64,000 bases of DNA from the human T2T-CHM13v2.0 reference genome, Homo sapiens (GCF_009914755.1 NC_060935.1); one strand, 5' to 3'; shown: positions 1 through 14,476, counted from the stretch's first letter. Notes: generated by a model from the sequence alone, not told the origin. Made by a program: numbers and translations.

Positions 1-529
1 GGGAGAAGAGGATTGGCTGGCAGGGATCCTCAGATTTCTGTAGCCCTGCTGGGCCAGAGGAGCTAATCTAGAATCTATGAGGTTGAGAGAGGGGCTCCCC
101 TTCCTCTTCTCCATGCCCTTCTCTGGCTGGGACTGACTGTCTAGCCCCTTTCTTCAGGCACCTCTGCCCCACAGCCCCTCTGCACGCCTCTGGCCCATTC
201 TGGGAAGCTGCCCGGTTGTGTTGGCAGAGCACCAGCTTCTCTCTCTTTGCCTCACCTCACCTTGGGCTCCCAAAGAACTTGGGCTCTCTGCCTCTCCCTC
301 CCACTCAAACCTGCTCCCAGGAGGCTTTTATAATGAGGCTGTTTAATAAGGAGCCTGCAGGGATGGCTGGGAGGGTGTTTCACGGGGTCGGGTAATGTAT
401 TGTGGTGGGAGGACCTGGGCTTTGGAGCCTGAGCAGTCTGGTTTCTGTCCTAGCTCAGCTTCTCCCGGCTGTATGAGCCTGGGCACTTCAACTTTTTGTA
501 TCTCAGTTTCCTCTTCTACAAGAGGGGAT

Positions 530-702
530 ATAGCTGGGTGTTTAGTGGTACCTGCCTATAATCCCAGCTACTCAGGAGTCTGAGGGAGGATTGCTTGAGC
601 CTGGGAGTTTACGGCTGCAGTGAGTCACGATTGCACCACTGCCCCCTCCGAGTAGCTGAGACTTGTGTGACAAGTGAGACCCTGTCTCTAAAATAAATAA
701 AA
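530..702 (+). mobile_element. Alu right monomer (FRAM/AluJ)
   Basis: Right-arm sequence with A-tail. Confidence 0.75.
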
Positions 703-757
703 GAGGGAGAGAAGAGTAACAGCTACCTCTTAGGGTGTTGTAAAAATCAAGTAAGTT

Positions 758-1057
758 GGCTGGGCCTGGTGGCTCATGCCTGTAATCCCAGCACTTTGAG
801 GGTCCAAGGCAGGTGGATCGCTTGAGGCCAGGAGTTTGAGACCAGCCTGGCCAATATGGTGAAACCCTGTGTCCATTAAAAATGCAAAAATTAGCCAGGT
901 GTGGTGGTGGGTGCCTGTAATCCCAGCTATTCGGGAGGCTCAGGCAGGAGAATCACTTGAACCTGAGCGGCAGAAGTTGCAGTGAGCCGAGATCATGCCA
1001 CTGTACTCCAACCTGGGCGACAGAGCGCAACTCCATCTCAAAAAAAAAAAAAAAAAA
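758..1057 (+). mobile_element. AluS
   Basis: Full dimer with A-tail; TSD aaaaatc..taagtt. Confidence 0.93.
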
Positions 1058-1102
1058 TCGAATAAGTTAAAATACATAAAGTGTAGAGAAGAGCACCTAG
1101 CA

Positions 1103-1372
1103 CAGGGGTCCCCAACCCCCAGGCCATGGACGTTACCACCTGAGCTCTGCCTCCTGTCAGATCACCATTAGATTCTCTTAGGAGTGTGAACCCCCTATTG
1201 TGAACTGCATGTGCGGGGGATTTAGGTTGTGCACTCCTTATGAAAATCTAATGCCTGATGATCTGAGGTGGAACAGTTTCATCCCAAAACCATCCCCCTT
1301 AACCCCTCACACCACGGACAAATTCTCTTCCACAAAGCCAGTCCCTGGTGCCAAAAACATTGGGGACCACTG
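1103..1372 (+). mobile_element. MER1B-type hAT-Charlie MITE
   Basis: TIRs caggggtcccca / tggggaccactg; perfect 8-bp TSD acctagca. Confidence 0.88.
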
Positions 1373-1389
1373 ACCTAGCATATAGTAAG

Positions 1390-2501
<1,112 letters not shown>

Positions 2502-2933
2502 TTACTAAAGGCCTTTCTCCTGCTTACCTCAGTGGCTCCCCATCACCAACAAGAGAGCTGTCCTTACATGCCACGGCTGCAGATGGACAGAGACAGTGAC
2601 TTCCTCAGCTCTGGGGACAGCCTGGCCTCCGCTGCTGGTCATCTCTGGACATTCCACTTATGCCAGCATCCCAGGCAAAACAATCCCAAGTTTTAGAAAA
2701 ATTATTTTAAAATCTCCTCCTGATTTGGCCCAGCAAATGAGACTGACTGACACAGTATGGCCTTTTGAATCATTCTCAGAGGAATTCAGCTGGGATCAGG
2801 AGAAATGGATAAATGTTTTTTGAGAGAACAGATGGCATCTGGGGCAAGAGCGCACCCCCACCCAAAGAAAAAAAGTGTCTTAAATGTTCATTGTTCCTTT
2901 TTTTTTTTTTGCCTCAAAAGTCACATTTATTCA

Positions 2934-3242
<309 letters not shown>

Positions 3243-4025
3243 TCAAGGCTGCTCATAGCCCATACCATGGCTGTGGGGAAAGTAGAAGAAATCACCCCTT
3301 CCTCAAAATGCTTTCTTCCATCTGCTGAAAAACTCTTGTAATAGATGTGTCAAACTATAGCATCTGTAACATGAAAGGTGTTGACCCTGGAGGAGTCCTG
3401 ATGAAACCAGAGATGCCATCTTGGGAGAGCCTCTGTGTGCCAGGCCCTGTACTAGGGGCCTGCTTATTTCACAGGTGAGGAAAGTGAGGCTCAAAGGCTA
3501 AGTTCAAAGTATGTAACTGGTAGATGGCAGAGCCAGGGTTTGAACTCCAGAGCCCCAGTGTTTAATCATTAGGCAAGATCATCCCCATCGAGTCACCGTT
3601 GGCCAGGTTTACTGCCTCCACATCGTCTCTAGACCTTAGGGTAAGCTCCTCAAGGCAGGGACCACTTTTCACTCACTGCCAAAGCTCTGGCACTGTTCGG
3701 AGTAGGCACAGAGGTAGGCAGCACCAAGTGTTTGTTGGTGGAAGGAGCCTCTTTGCAGGAGTCCTAGGGGCTGAGGCCTGTTCCCCTGGCTTGTGGCTGA
3801 AGCTGGAGATGTTCCCACCAAAGAGTTCCAGAGCCCCTGCTCAGCTTTAGGATTTGCCCTTGCCCCTGAGTCAAACAGAGCACCCTCTCCTAGTGCCTGA
3901 TGATTCCATTTGCCCCTGATTCCAGATTTTTCTGAGGCCAGAGTTGTGCTCTCTGCTGAAGCAGGGCAAGGTTTTTAAAGGAGGGCCCGCCTGCCTGAGG
4001 GCCAGGGAGGCCAGGGGAGGCCTAT

Positions 4026-4416
4026 TGCAGTGGTTTGGCTGTTTGTCCCTTAAACCTCATGTTGACATTTGATCCCCAATGTTGGAGGTGGGCCTAATTG
4101 GGGGAGGTGTTTGGCTCATGGGTATGGATTCCTCATGAAAAGATTAATGCCCTTCCTGGGGGATAAGTGAGTTTTTTCACTCTTAGTTCCAAGAGCTGGT
4201 TGTTAAAAAGACCTGGCACCTCCTCTGACCCCCTTGCTTCCTCTCTCACCCTGTGGTCTCTGCATACTTGGGCTCCCGAGCGGAAGCAGCCTGAGACCCT
4301 CGCCAGATACAGATACCAATCCTGAACTTTCTAGTCATCAGGATTGAGTCAAATAAACCTTTTTCTTTACCCAGCCTCAGTCACTCCTTTATGGCAACAC
4401 ATAATGAACTAGGACA
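4026..4416 (+). mobile_element. MST/MLT1A-type MaLR solo LTR
   Basis: tgcagtggtttgg...gaactaggaca; TSD cctat/cttat. Confidence 0.78.
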
Positions 4417-4433
4417 CTTATCAAAGTAGACTT

Positions 4434-4807
<374 letters not shown>

Positions 4808-5239
4808 CTAGGGCTGGGGGTGCAGATGGAGACAATGGCAAGCACCTTATTGGCTGGGGGCCAGAGGACACCTGTTTTTGGATAGATCACTTTGAGTCTG
4901 GTACAATTCTTTACTGCTGCTTAATGTCAGAAACTTAATTATGCTTTTGCATGATTCTAATTATTGCCTTTTTCAGAGCTCTGCTGGTAAAAAGTGGGGT
5001 GCCATACAAACAGTCCCTTTTCAAGCCCAGCGTGTCATGCATCCTGCCAATCAATCACTGTAATGTCCATTGTCCAAACAGGTCAACCGTTGTCTCCATG
5101 AAAAACTGGATAAAGAGTTGCTGATAGTAGTGTCCTGGTTCTTCCCTTTACATTCTTTTGGGGGAAGGTGCTGGGAATCAGCCTAGCTTGTGGCATGTGA
5201 CCTTTTTTATTTGAATGGCACTACAGACAGCACTTGTGA

Positions 5240-5425
5240 GCACAAACTCTGAAGCCACACTGCCTTGGTTGAGATCCTAGTGGCCACTTTCTGGCTGTGT
5301 GACCCTGACTTAATTTCCCCCAAGTTTCAGTTCCCTCACCTGGAAAACGGCACCCATCTCCAAAGTTAACATACATAAAGCCCTTAAACAGTGGCTGGCA
5401 CACCGTAGACCATAATAGCTATTGT
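5240..5425 (+). mobile_element. MIR
   Basis: gctgtgtgacc..tttcagttccctca core. Confidence 0.6.
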
Positions 5426-6099
5426 TTTTTATCACTTGTCCAGATACGTCGATATAGCTCTGAAGAAAGTAACAGAAAAAGTTCCAATTCTCTGCTAGTC
5501 TTAAGGGAGATTTCACCTGGAAGTGCTGGCTATCTTGCTGTGTTAAAGGAAACTGCAGAAAGGGACTGGTCTTCATCTGAGTCCAAGTTGTCTTCTTGTG
5601 AGGAAAGCAGGCCATTAGTGAAGTCAGTGATTCACAGGAGGAGGTCAAATTCTGAGTTAGGCAGCTCCTTATCTGAAAATGATCCTCCTTCCACCCAAAG
5701 AGGTGTTGTGCTCTAACCCCTCCAGTCCTTCCTCTTTGCTTACCTGTCTTGCTCCTGTTCCAATGTTTCCCCATAAGCTCCATGAAAATAAGGCCCTATC
5801 TATCTGGTTCACCTGTATCCCCAAGTTACAGAGATGATGCTCAGTAAATGTCGCAGAATTTTGTGAAAAAGAACGATGTGGAAAGTGAGTGGGGCTAAGG
5901 TGGCCAGTCTGTGTTGGGGGCCCAGTCGGTCAAGCGGTTGAGGAGGGTTGTAGGCCTATGCCAGGTGGCGGGGGACCTTGAGTCCAGGCCCCCATCCTCA
6001 TGGGTCCAGCCACAGCTCCTCCTGGGCATCCGTTTCATCCTCAAATGTGGGGAATCCGGCTTCTATGACTGACATACAACTCGCACATTTTAAAGATGT

Positions 6100-6105
6100 T
6101 TTATT
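6100..6105 (-). terminator. GAL3ST3 polyadenylation signal AATAAA
   Basis: tttatt on the plus strand ~530 nt past the stop; a second candidate at 5206-5211. Confidence 0.65.
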
Positions 6106-6638
6106 AAAAAAAAGAAAAACCAACCAAACAAAAATCCCAACCCAAGAACTCTTGGTTCTGGGAGACTGGGAGCAGCTTAGGTCTGTGGGGAGGGTAGAAC
6201 CTGGAAGACAGAAAAGTATAGGGAGCCTCAAGCCCTGGGAGGGAGAGCAAGAGCAGCCTTTCCCTAGGGCTGAGCCTCTCTCCATGGGGCCTGGGCTTAT
6301 CCACTTGGAAAAGACAGGTTGTGGGGGCTCAGCCCCCAGAAAAAGGCAGGGTGAGCAGTTCTGGACAGCCCTCAGGCCTCTTGTCAAAATCACCAACCAG
6401 CTGGGAAGGAGAGGGTGGCCCAGCGCTGGATCCAGCCTATCAGCGCCGTGCCCGAAGGCAAGGTTCAGCCCACGATCGGGAGCGGGGGCTCAGATAGGGA
6501 GGCGTACCCCAAAGTTCAGCGAGGGACTCAAGCCCATTGAAAAGAAAGGGCTCTCATGGGGGCAGGACATGGAGGCAGCCCCTGGCTGGACTCCTGGGAG
6601 GGCAGGGCAGGACCCATACTCCTGGAGGCCTGCGGAGC

Positions 6639-7809
6639 TCAGGGACCTTGAGGGCCGCGAGGCAGCACTCGGATGGGCCGAGGCGGGGGATTGTCCAGGA
6701 CGGGCTCGGGCCGAGCCCGCGCACCGCCCCGGCGCTTCTGCTTGCGCAACAGGTAGTTCGAGTACTGGACCTCGGGCATGGCCAGCTTGAGGCAGGCCTC
6801 GGTGGCCGGGCCGGCGCCGCCGCCGGGCAGGTCATAGCCCATAATGTCCACCTTGCGGCTGGGCTGCCATGGCTGCAGCTGCTTGGTGCGGATCTGCGCG
6901 GCAGGCCGCAGCAGTGGCTCGTCCCCGAAGCAGCGCCGCAGTAGGCGCTGGCGGGCCTCGCGCAGCTCGCGCGCCTCGCGCTCCACGCACGCGCGGCCCG
7001 CGCGCGCCACGTGGCGCCAGAAGGTGGCGTTGAAGTGGTCGTAGAGGCCGGCGTCCAGGGCGTTCCAGGTGCGCGCCGCCCGCGCCAGCGCCGCGGGGAT
7101 GGCGGCCAGGCGCGAGCTGGCGGCGCGCGCGTTGAGCTTGGCGTAGAGCACGTCGTCCAGGTCCCAGGCCAGTAGGCGCCGCAGCAGCACTAGCGACTCG
7201 TCGAAGTACTCGGCGATCATGACGAGCGAGAAAACCTCCTCCACCTGGCGGATGAGGCCCGCCAGGTAGGCGGCGTCGTCGCGCGGGCTGCGCTCATTGT
7301 CGCCGCCCAGGTCGTAGGCCAGCGTGTTGTGTGCGAACATGGCGAAGTGCTCGCCAGCGCGGTAGTATGCCTCGGGCGCGCGCAGGAAGGCCTCGAGCGA
7401 GGCGTTGGGCACGCGCCGGAAGGCCGGGCAGTACTGGTTGTAGTAGCTGAAGAGCGACTCGAACATGGCGGCCGGCTCGCGCAGGATGGTGACATAGACG
7501 GTGCTGGGCGGCATGAGGCGCTCCAGCTCCGCACGGTCGAAGCGCAGGTGGCTGGCCAGCACGTGCGGCGGCCGCGTGGCCGGGTGCACGAAGTGCGCCG
7601 AGAAGTTGCGGGGGTAGCAGAACTGGTGCTCGCAGCTCGGGTGCGGCAGGGCCACCGTCAGGTTGTGGCGCTCGGCAAAGCGAAACAGGATGTTCTGCAC
7701 CGTCGTGCCTGCCGTCTTGTGAGTCTTCAGGAAGGCCACAGTCATGTGCTTGGGGCGCGGCGGCGAGTTCCGCAGAGGAGGGCAGCTCAAGGGGAACAGC
7801 TTGGGGTAC
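6639..7809 (-). CDS. GAL3ST3: GAL3ST3 last coding exon (catalytic domain)
   Basis: ORF track 6639..8087 from YPKLFP onward; cag|GTACCC acceptor. Confidence 0.97.
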
Positions 7810-9547
7810 CTGCCAGGCCCAGGGAGTGTGCGGAGAGGAGGGTGTGAGGGGGCTGCCGCTTGACCCCTTCCCTTACCCAAGGACTGTGGGATGCCCCACA
7901 GCGCGGCCCCGCCTGGGCTGCACTCATGGAAAGGTCGAGGGCGGTGCTTGGTAGCCTCTAAGATGCCCTCTATGATCCCTGCTGCCCTCCTGGTATTCAT
8001 GCCCTTGAGTATTCCCCTCACCTGAGTTAGGCTGGACTTATCATTGCATCTAAAGAAGAGAAGAGGGCAGAAATGATGGGATGTCACTTCTTAAATTTCA
8101 TCATAGAAAGACTGTGGCTGGCTAGTATCTTGGTGTCTTTCACTCAATCTGGGATGACAGATGATGGGGGAAGCAAGCTGCCATATAGTGGGCAGCCCTA
8201 TAGGGAGCTACCACTAAGTGGGAAAAGCCCACAAGGACCTAAGGCCCTCAGTCCACCAGCCGGCTTGAAGACCTGAAGCCTGTCAAAACCACGTGAGTGA
8301 GCTTGGAAGCTGATCCCTTCCAATCAAGCCTTCGGATGAGACTGCATCACCAGCAAACACCTTGGTTGCAACCCCATGAAAGACCTTGGTCCAGAAGTTC
8401 CCAGTAAGCCACACCTGGCTTCCTGACCCAAAATAACAGATGTTTGTGTTTTCAGCTGCTAAGCTTTAAGATAATTTGTTTATGTAGAAATAAATAAGGG
8501 ACAAAGACCCCTGGAGATCTTTGAGGAATCCCACTTTGTATATGTAGAAACTGAGGGCCAAAAGGAGAACAATCACTTACACAAAGTCTGGAGACGACTC
8601 ACATGGTCACTAAATCCTTTTGCTCTTTCTCATTTTTACTCTTTAACTGGCTCCTCACTTTGTAGATGGTTGGCACTGGGCTTTGCAGCAACCCATTGTT
8701 ATGTTTCTCTTGAGGCTTCTAAAGCCTCATTAATTCAGTCATCAAATATTTTTTGGGTGTCCACTATGTGCCAGGTTAATGCTAGGTTCAAGAAATACAG
8801 TAATATACAAAAACAATCCTAGCCCTCGTGAAGCTTTCATTTCTGTTGCTTCATTCTTAAAACATGGGTGTTTGGGATTTCAAACCAAATTATCTGGCAA
8901 GGGGGGCTGGGCGCATTCACACCATTCTCAGGGGCAGACAGTGTAGAAAATGGGGACATGAAGTCTCCGAGAGGTGCAGGGATTTGTTGGGTTCACACAG
9001 TGAGTCAGGAGTAGGGTTGGGGTTCCCATGAATCACATGGTATCCTGTGTGAGGGTGACTGGCTGTGTCACACATATCATGTCTCACTTTATAGATGAGA
9101 AAACGGGGGCTCGGAGAAGTGAGGGGACTTGGCCTTGCCCAGCACTACGGAAGTTGTGAGAAGTTGTTTCCACTGGGGAAATGCTTAGCTGCATGCTGTG
9201 GGGAGTTGAGCTGGATTCGGATCTCAGCTAACTGATTCTGTAACTTTGAGCAAGTCACTCAGCCCTTTCGTTGAAGAGCAGTCCCTGTCCAGGGAGGCTG
9301 TGTGGCCCTAAAGGGAAAGCACTTTCAGAATAGAGGGGAGGAGCAAAGCCTAGCAGGACCCTTCTAGCAGGTGGAAGAATGGGGAGGGGAGCTCCGGCCC
9401 CCCTGGGGCCCCGCCCCCTTACCAGCTGAGCTGCGCCCCCTGGTGGATGAGAAGGCTTACGGTGCTGCACCCTAGCACCAGCAGCAGGATTTTCCGGCGG
9501 CTCATCATCTTGGTGGCCTGCTGCAGGCGCTGGAGGATGGGTGGCAT
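6639..9547 (-). CDS. GAL3ST3: Galactose-3-O-sulfotransferase 3 (spliced CDS: 9547-9423 + 7809-6639, 431 aa)
   Basis: ATG at 9547 (ccgccATG). Donor GTAAG at 9422, acceptor AG at 7811-7810. 125+1171=1296 nt. Type II membrane anchor ILLLVLGCSTVSLLI and PAPS-binding motif KTHKTAGTT. Confidence 0.97.
6640..7790. other. Intragenic CpG island over the GAL3ST3 last exon
   Basis: Very dense CpG and GC content. Confidence 0.85.
7945..8500 (+). mobile_element. MLT1 (F/E-like) MaLR LTR in GAL3ST3 intron
   Basis: Typical MLT1 motifs gagtgagcttggaag, gatgagactgca, cctgaccca, taagctttaagataatttgtt. Confidence 0.7.
9423..9547 (-). CDS. GAL3ST3: GAL3ST3 first coding exon (MPPILQRLQQ...GAQLS); exon including UTR probably 9659-9423
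   Basis: Translation read from the minus strand; upstream acceptor ctgccttcttctgccag ends at 9660. Confidence 0.93.
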
Positions 9548-10159
9548 GGCGGAGTACCCACCCCTGGACCAGCCAGGGCCTCACTATCCAGGACTCCCTT
9601 CACAGGCACTCATGGGGGATCCTGCGGCTCTGGTAGCAGGGCCAGTGTTCCCGAGAAGCCTGGCAGAAGAAGGCAGACGGGTTTGCAGTGGGCAGAGGAG
9701 ATGGGATCTGGCCCCCAGCAGGTCTGATGCAAAGAGCTCCAACAGGTGGGGTAAGCAGAGAGGCCAGGGCAGATCGGATTCCTACCTCCCGTTATCAAGA
9801 CCCTATCTCCTCACTGCTCCAGATAACTTAGTCTTGGGTGGAATTACAGGGTCTGGGGTGTAGCCAGCCCTTCAGGCTGTAGCCACTCCCATCCCTCAGC
9901 CCTGTCTCTGTCTCTCTGCCTGCTCCTAACTCGTCTTTGTCTCATGGTTATTTGTACATGTCTCCCCAGTGGAGTGGCTTTAGCGCCAGGGCTTGGCTCA
10001 GAACATAGAGGTCTCAACTCAAAGTTTCCTCTCCTCCAGGACTTCTTGCCCAATTGCTTTAGCCCAGGGTTGGTCCTGACTCCCCAGAGAAACCGAGCTC
10101 CTCGGAAACACTGATCAGGCCTTCACCTCCTTGGATCGATATGGCTTTGAGTCGATACT

Positions 10160-10380
10160 GCAGGCTTACTCTATGTACTGTATTATTACATACTTAATCC
10201 CATTTAGTCCTCACCACAGCCCTGACCTAGGTATTATTCCCACTGTATAGATAAGGAAACTGAGGCTCTAAGAGATTATATCACTTGTCCATAGCTACAC
10301 AGCTGGTAACAGTAGAAATGAGATTCATACCTGCTGTTTCTGGCTCCAAAGTCCATGCCCTTAGACACTGTATATGCTAT
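10160..10380 (-). mobile_element. MIR
   Basis: agataaggaaactgaggctc core. Confidence 0.7.
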
Positions 10381-13049
10381 TTCTGTAGAGAACTGGTTTC
10401 CCCAACCTTGCCCTAGACTCTGGCAATTCTGCATCCTTCTGAGTCCTGAGCGCTCCTAGCTGGGCTCCTGCCCTGAGGGCCCAAGACTGAGAAATTCATG
10501 AGGGAAAGGAAGGTCTTGAAATCCTGGAGCCCTATCTGGATTCCATCCCCAGACACCTGAAACCCAGGCGGCCCCATCAGCTGACTCTGCAGGGAAAAGT
10601 GCCTGACCAAAGCAATGAGATGGCAGCCTGGGCGGGGTGTGGGTTGGGTAAGAGGTGGCTCCTGCTTGTTGCCCTACGGAGGATCTCCAGGAGAAGGTGA
10701 GCTTCCATCCCAGGTAAGCCCAGGAGTAAGAGAGGGGAGGAGGGCTTGGTCACACACAAGTCTCCTTTCCCCACAGGAATGCCTTGGCTTAAGGGCAGCC
10801 CAATCCTGGGCAGCTCCCGTGGAAAGTCCACTTCAGCAGTGATGCCTGTCCCCAAGCTAGGGTGGGGCCTCAGTCTCCAGGTTCAAGTTTAGCTTCAGCC
10901 CTCACACATATCCTTCTCCACGGGGGAGGGGGAGCCTGGAACCTGATGGGCATGTGCATGTGGAACTAGGACACCTGGGTCCCAGGAGGGGTAAGGTAAT
11001 ATGAAAACCCTTTTGATCATCACCTTTTCCGGGAGCCCTGGGCTTGGCTTCCAGTCTCTCTTCTTGACCCTGCTCCCTTAATCCTGGATTACATTTAAAC
11101 CTGTTTGGGTGGAAAGATGTTCTGCTTATGCCTCCCCTTCTCTCTAGGCCTTATCGCTGCTTCCCTCCACCTGCCTGCAGACAGACTTAATCCGGCCGGA
11201 GCCAAGGGTAAAGGGTCCAGCCACAGAGGGTAACCAAGGGCACAGCAGAGGAAGTCTAAGGCCCTCCCTGTCTCTTCAAGGATTGCTGGGGCAGAGAAGG
11301 GCTGGCCTGGCCTGGCTGGGGCTGCTTGCAGGAGGAAGTGAGAGCCCTTGGCCCTCTAAGGATACACACCTTTTTCCTCTGTCACTCCTGCTGCTTAGAG
11401 AACTTGGTGATTAGACAGAAGTGTCCCAAGATGGGAAGAGGGGAGTCTACATCCACCTTTGCTAAACTTGCAGAAACCACCCTATTTCTCAGAGGATTCA
11501 GGATCAGCCAAGGAAGTCAAGCCTAGCTATGGGGGACCTTTCCCGAGGGCAGAGCTTCTACTGGCCGCACAGAGAGAGTGACAGGTGCCTGGTATCCCCC
11601 TCTGTCCCACTCTTGGGCCTTTCCCCACTTCCCTACATGGCTGAGCTCTGGGGAGCTAGCCAGGCCCCAGTCTGAGGCCTGCTTAGGGACAGGGGACAGG
11701 GCATCCTCAGTGCAGGAATTCCCTGGACACCAGCCCCTGAAGGCGGGCACCAGCTTCTGTATGGCCACTGTCAATGACAGGGTGTTCATCACCTCCTGAT
11801 ACAGCCTGGTCCATTTCTGAGCAACTTACAGCTTGTTCAGGTTCTTTCCGGGACAGCCAGGATTACCCTGCCAGTGGTAGCACCTGCTTCGGCCTGCCCC
11901 TTACACCTCCCATTCTGCACTCTTGGTAGTGCTGCCCTCCTAGAGCACATAGAACATTTTTCTCCATGACAGACCTTCAGGTATTTGGAAGCAGTAACCC
12001 TGTCTCCTCTGGGTGGGCACTCGGCCAGGCTAAACATTCCAGGTCCTGAGAGAGGGTGCTGCTCGGACACTGTGGGAGGCCTGCCTTCCCTTGGCAATTT
12101 GACTCCAAGATGCCTGTTTTGGAGATGGGGCCAAGGCAGTGCCTCTCAGGGAGGGGGCCACTGGGCTGGGTTTCCATCGGATTTTCTGGCTGGTGTGGGG
12201 TGCATGATGGTGCTGCTGGAGCTGTGCTTTAGAGCAGTGGCCCTGGCTCCTGCCCTCAGATGCTTCACACGACTCCCCATTGTGCCTGGTGTCTTCTCCA
12301 TAGAGAGAGTTCTCCCAGCTATCCCAGGCAGGTCAGGACGCCCAGGCTCATCAGAATGTCAGTGCTAATTTTAGTCAGAACAATCTACCTCACGCTGCTG
12401 CCCAGTTTTGCAAATTGCTAGCTTTTCTCCAGGGAACCAAAGAAATAGTAGAGCCGACCAGAGCTTTGAAAATGGGCCGGGGTGCCCACCCTCCTAAAGG
12501 AGCCCTTTCTCCTCTGTCTCCTCTGAGCTCTAGAGCTGAAACCGATGCACTTAGAGGAAGGGGTGCCCTGGACTGGACCACTTGGACCTGACTGCTGGAT
12601 GGCCCGGAGACTCCATCCTGTCCTGACTTGAGGGATGGGACAGCCCAGTGTTGAGGGACGCTGACCCAGGGTGCTCCAGAGGAGGGGCGAAGGGCTGAGG
12701 GGGTCTGCAAAGTACTGGCCTGGGAGAGCAAATCTTTCCACCTCCCTCTTTTTCCTCCTCCCCCACCCCCCAGCCTGCACCAGGTCTGCCCCTGGCCCCC
12801 CAGCCTCCTCTCTCTCTCATCCACCCCCGCATCATCCCTGCCTTGGAATTCCCTCCATCCTCCTGTCTCCATTACTGCCCACCCGCACCATACCTCCCAC
12901 TCCCTCAATTTCATCCCAGCATCCCCCAGGGATCCTGCCAGTGGGATCTGATCACCATAGGGGATAGGCCAGATTGGCCCGCTCACCCTATCTTCTCCCA
13001 CTTTCCAGGGGTAGAGCGCCCCCCTCCTCATGCTTTCCAACCACTAGGC

Positions 13050-13500
13050 CCCCAAGACACTCTCCCGCCCGCCTCTCGGCCCCCATCCCGGTCTGGTCCA
13101 CTCCCACCCCTCCAACCCCATGCCGGCCACTGCAGTACTCACACCGCACGCCTGGGCTCTGCCTCTGGCCCGGGTTGGGGGCGGCCGCCGCTATCTCTGG
13201 ACCCTTGTCTCGAAATCCGCACGGGGTCCGAGGGTGCCCGGGGCCCTGCGCGCCGAGTGCCGGTGGCTTGCCTCTCAGCGCCTGGATGGGATCAGGTGGC
13301 AGCGTCCGCTAGGCTCCCTCCTCCCGGCTCTGCCCGCCCCCCGCCCCCCGCCCCCCATCGCACACCGGAGGAAGGCGAGGGGCGGGGCCAGGCCACGAGC
13401 AAGTAGGGGAGAGGGGAGAGAGGGGAAAGGAAGGGGGACGGGGGAGGGGGGGTGGTTCCCTGGCTTGCCCGCTGGCTGCCGTGAACAGTCTCTGGGTGGC
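13050..13500 (-). promoter_or_regulatory. GAL3ST3 CpG-rich promoter with Sp1 GC boxes and a purine/G-rich tract
   Basis: CCGCCC repeats at ~13333-13354, GGGCGGGG at ~13380, G-runs at 13406-13452. Confidence 0.65.
13143..13330 (-). other. GAL3ST3: Probable non-coding exon 1 of GAL3ST3
   Basis: CpG-rich segment ending in a minus-strand donor GTGAGT (13142-13137); GC boxes just upstream; 5' end approximate. Confidence 0.6.
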
Positions 13501-14476
13501 ATCTTCAGATGCAGTTGTCTTACTCTGGCAACCTTGCAGAGTTGGACACTAATGTGGCCAGCTCCCTTCTCTCACTCAGGCAGGGAAACTGAGGCCGGGA
13601 AGGTGTCTGGATACTCCTGCATTGCTGGGTATTCTGGGGCACCGCCGGTCATACGTGGGCTTCTGGGTGAGCCAGATGCTGGTACACGTGCAGGTACTCA
13701 CATCCTCTGTCCTCCTCCAGTAGAGAAGCAGTGCTCCAGCCTTGTCTGGTCCCATCTCTGCCCACATGCCCCCTTCCCTTCCAGCGTGTCCCCCATACCC
13801 TCTGATGTAGCTTCTGGCTGCTCACCCATTTTTCCTCACTAGGACTCCAGACCCACTCACTCCTGACCAGAGCTATAGTGAGGCTGGGACCCCTGCCTAG
13901 GCACCTGCCACCAGGCATCAAAGAACCCAAGTTCAATCCTGGTTTGCTCTTAAATCCCAGAGTCAAGAGGCAACTCCCTAAGCCCTATTGCTTCCAGCTG
14001 TAAAATGGGAAGCTGTTCTGAGGTAGCAGAGATAATACACACGAAGGCTCCATGTGAACTTCTTAGTCCTCAGCTCCCATCACCTGGGAGCTGGGCAGCA
14101 GCACCTCCCAAAGCCATGCCAGACATCAAGAGCCCTACACTGAGTTCTGTGGCTGGCCTGCACACCTGCTTTCTATTTTGCTCTGGGCCTGGTAAAGCAA
14201 GGATCCTGGAGCTGGGTAGCCACCCAAAGGTGGGACTGGAAGGGGCTGGATATGCCCTTCTAGGCCCACATAGGAAATAGTGTGAGGGTCCTTGTTATGG
14301 TTGAGGAGGAGGAAATAGGGACTCTCAGAGTCAGAAGGACTGCTGGTGGCCCCAGTTTGGCCCCTTGGGCATGTCACCTTCTCTGCCCATCAATCTTCCG
14401 CTGTGTACAATATCGTGGGGGAGGAGGATCTTGAGACCTTGCCTCCTTCCCAGGGCTGTTATAAAATGAGACTCCA

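Noticed and set aside
5978-7847. Plus-strand ORFs (270, 135 and 172 aa) antisense to GAL3ST3
   Set aside because: Shadow ORFs of a very GC-rich coding exon and UTR
12390-13842. Several 180-240 aa ORFs around the GAL3ST3 promoter
   Set aside because: GC-rich, no domain or splice-supported coding structure
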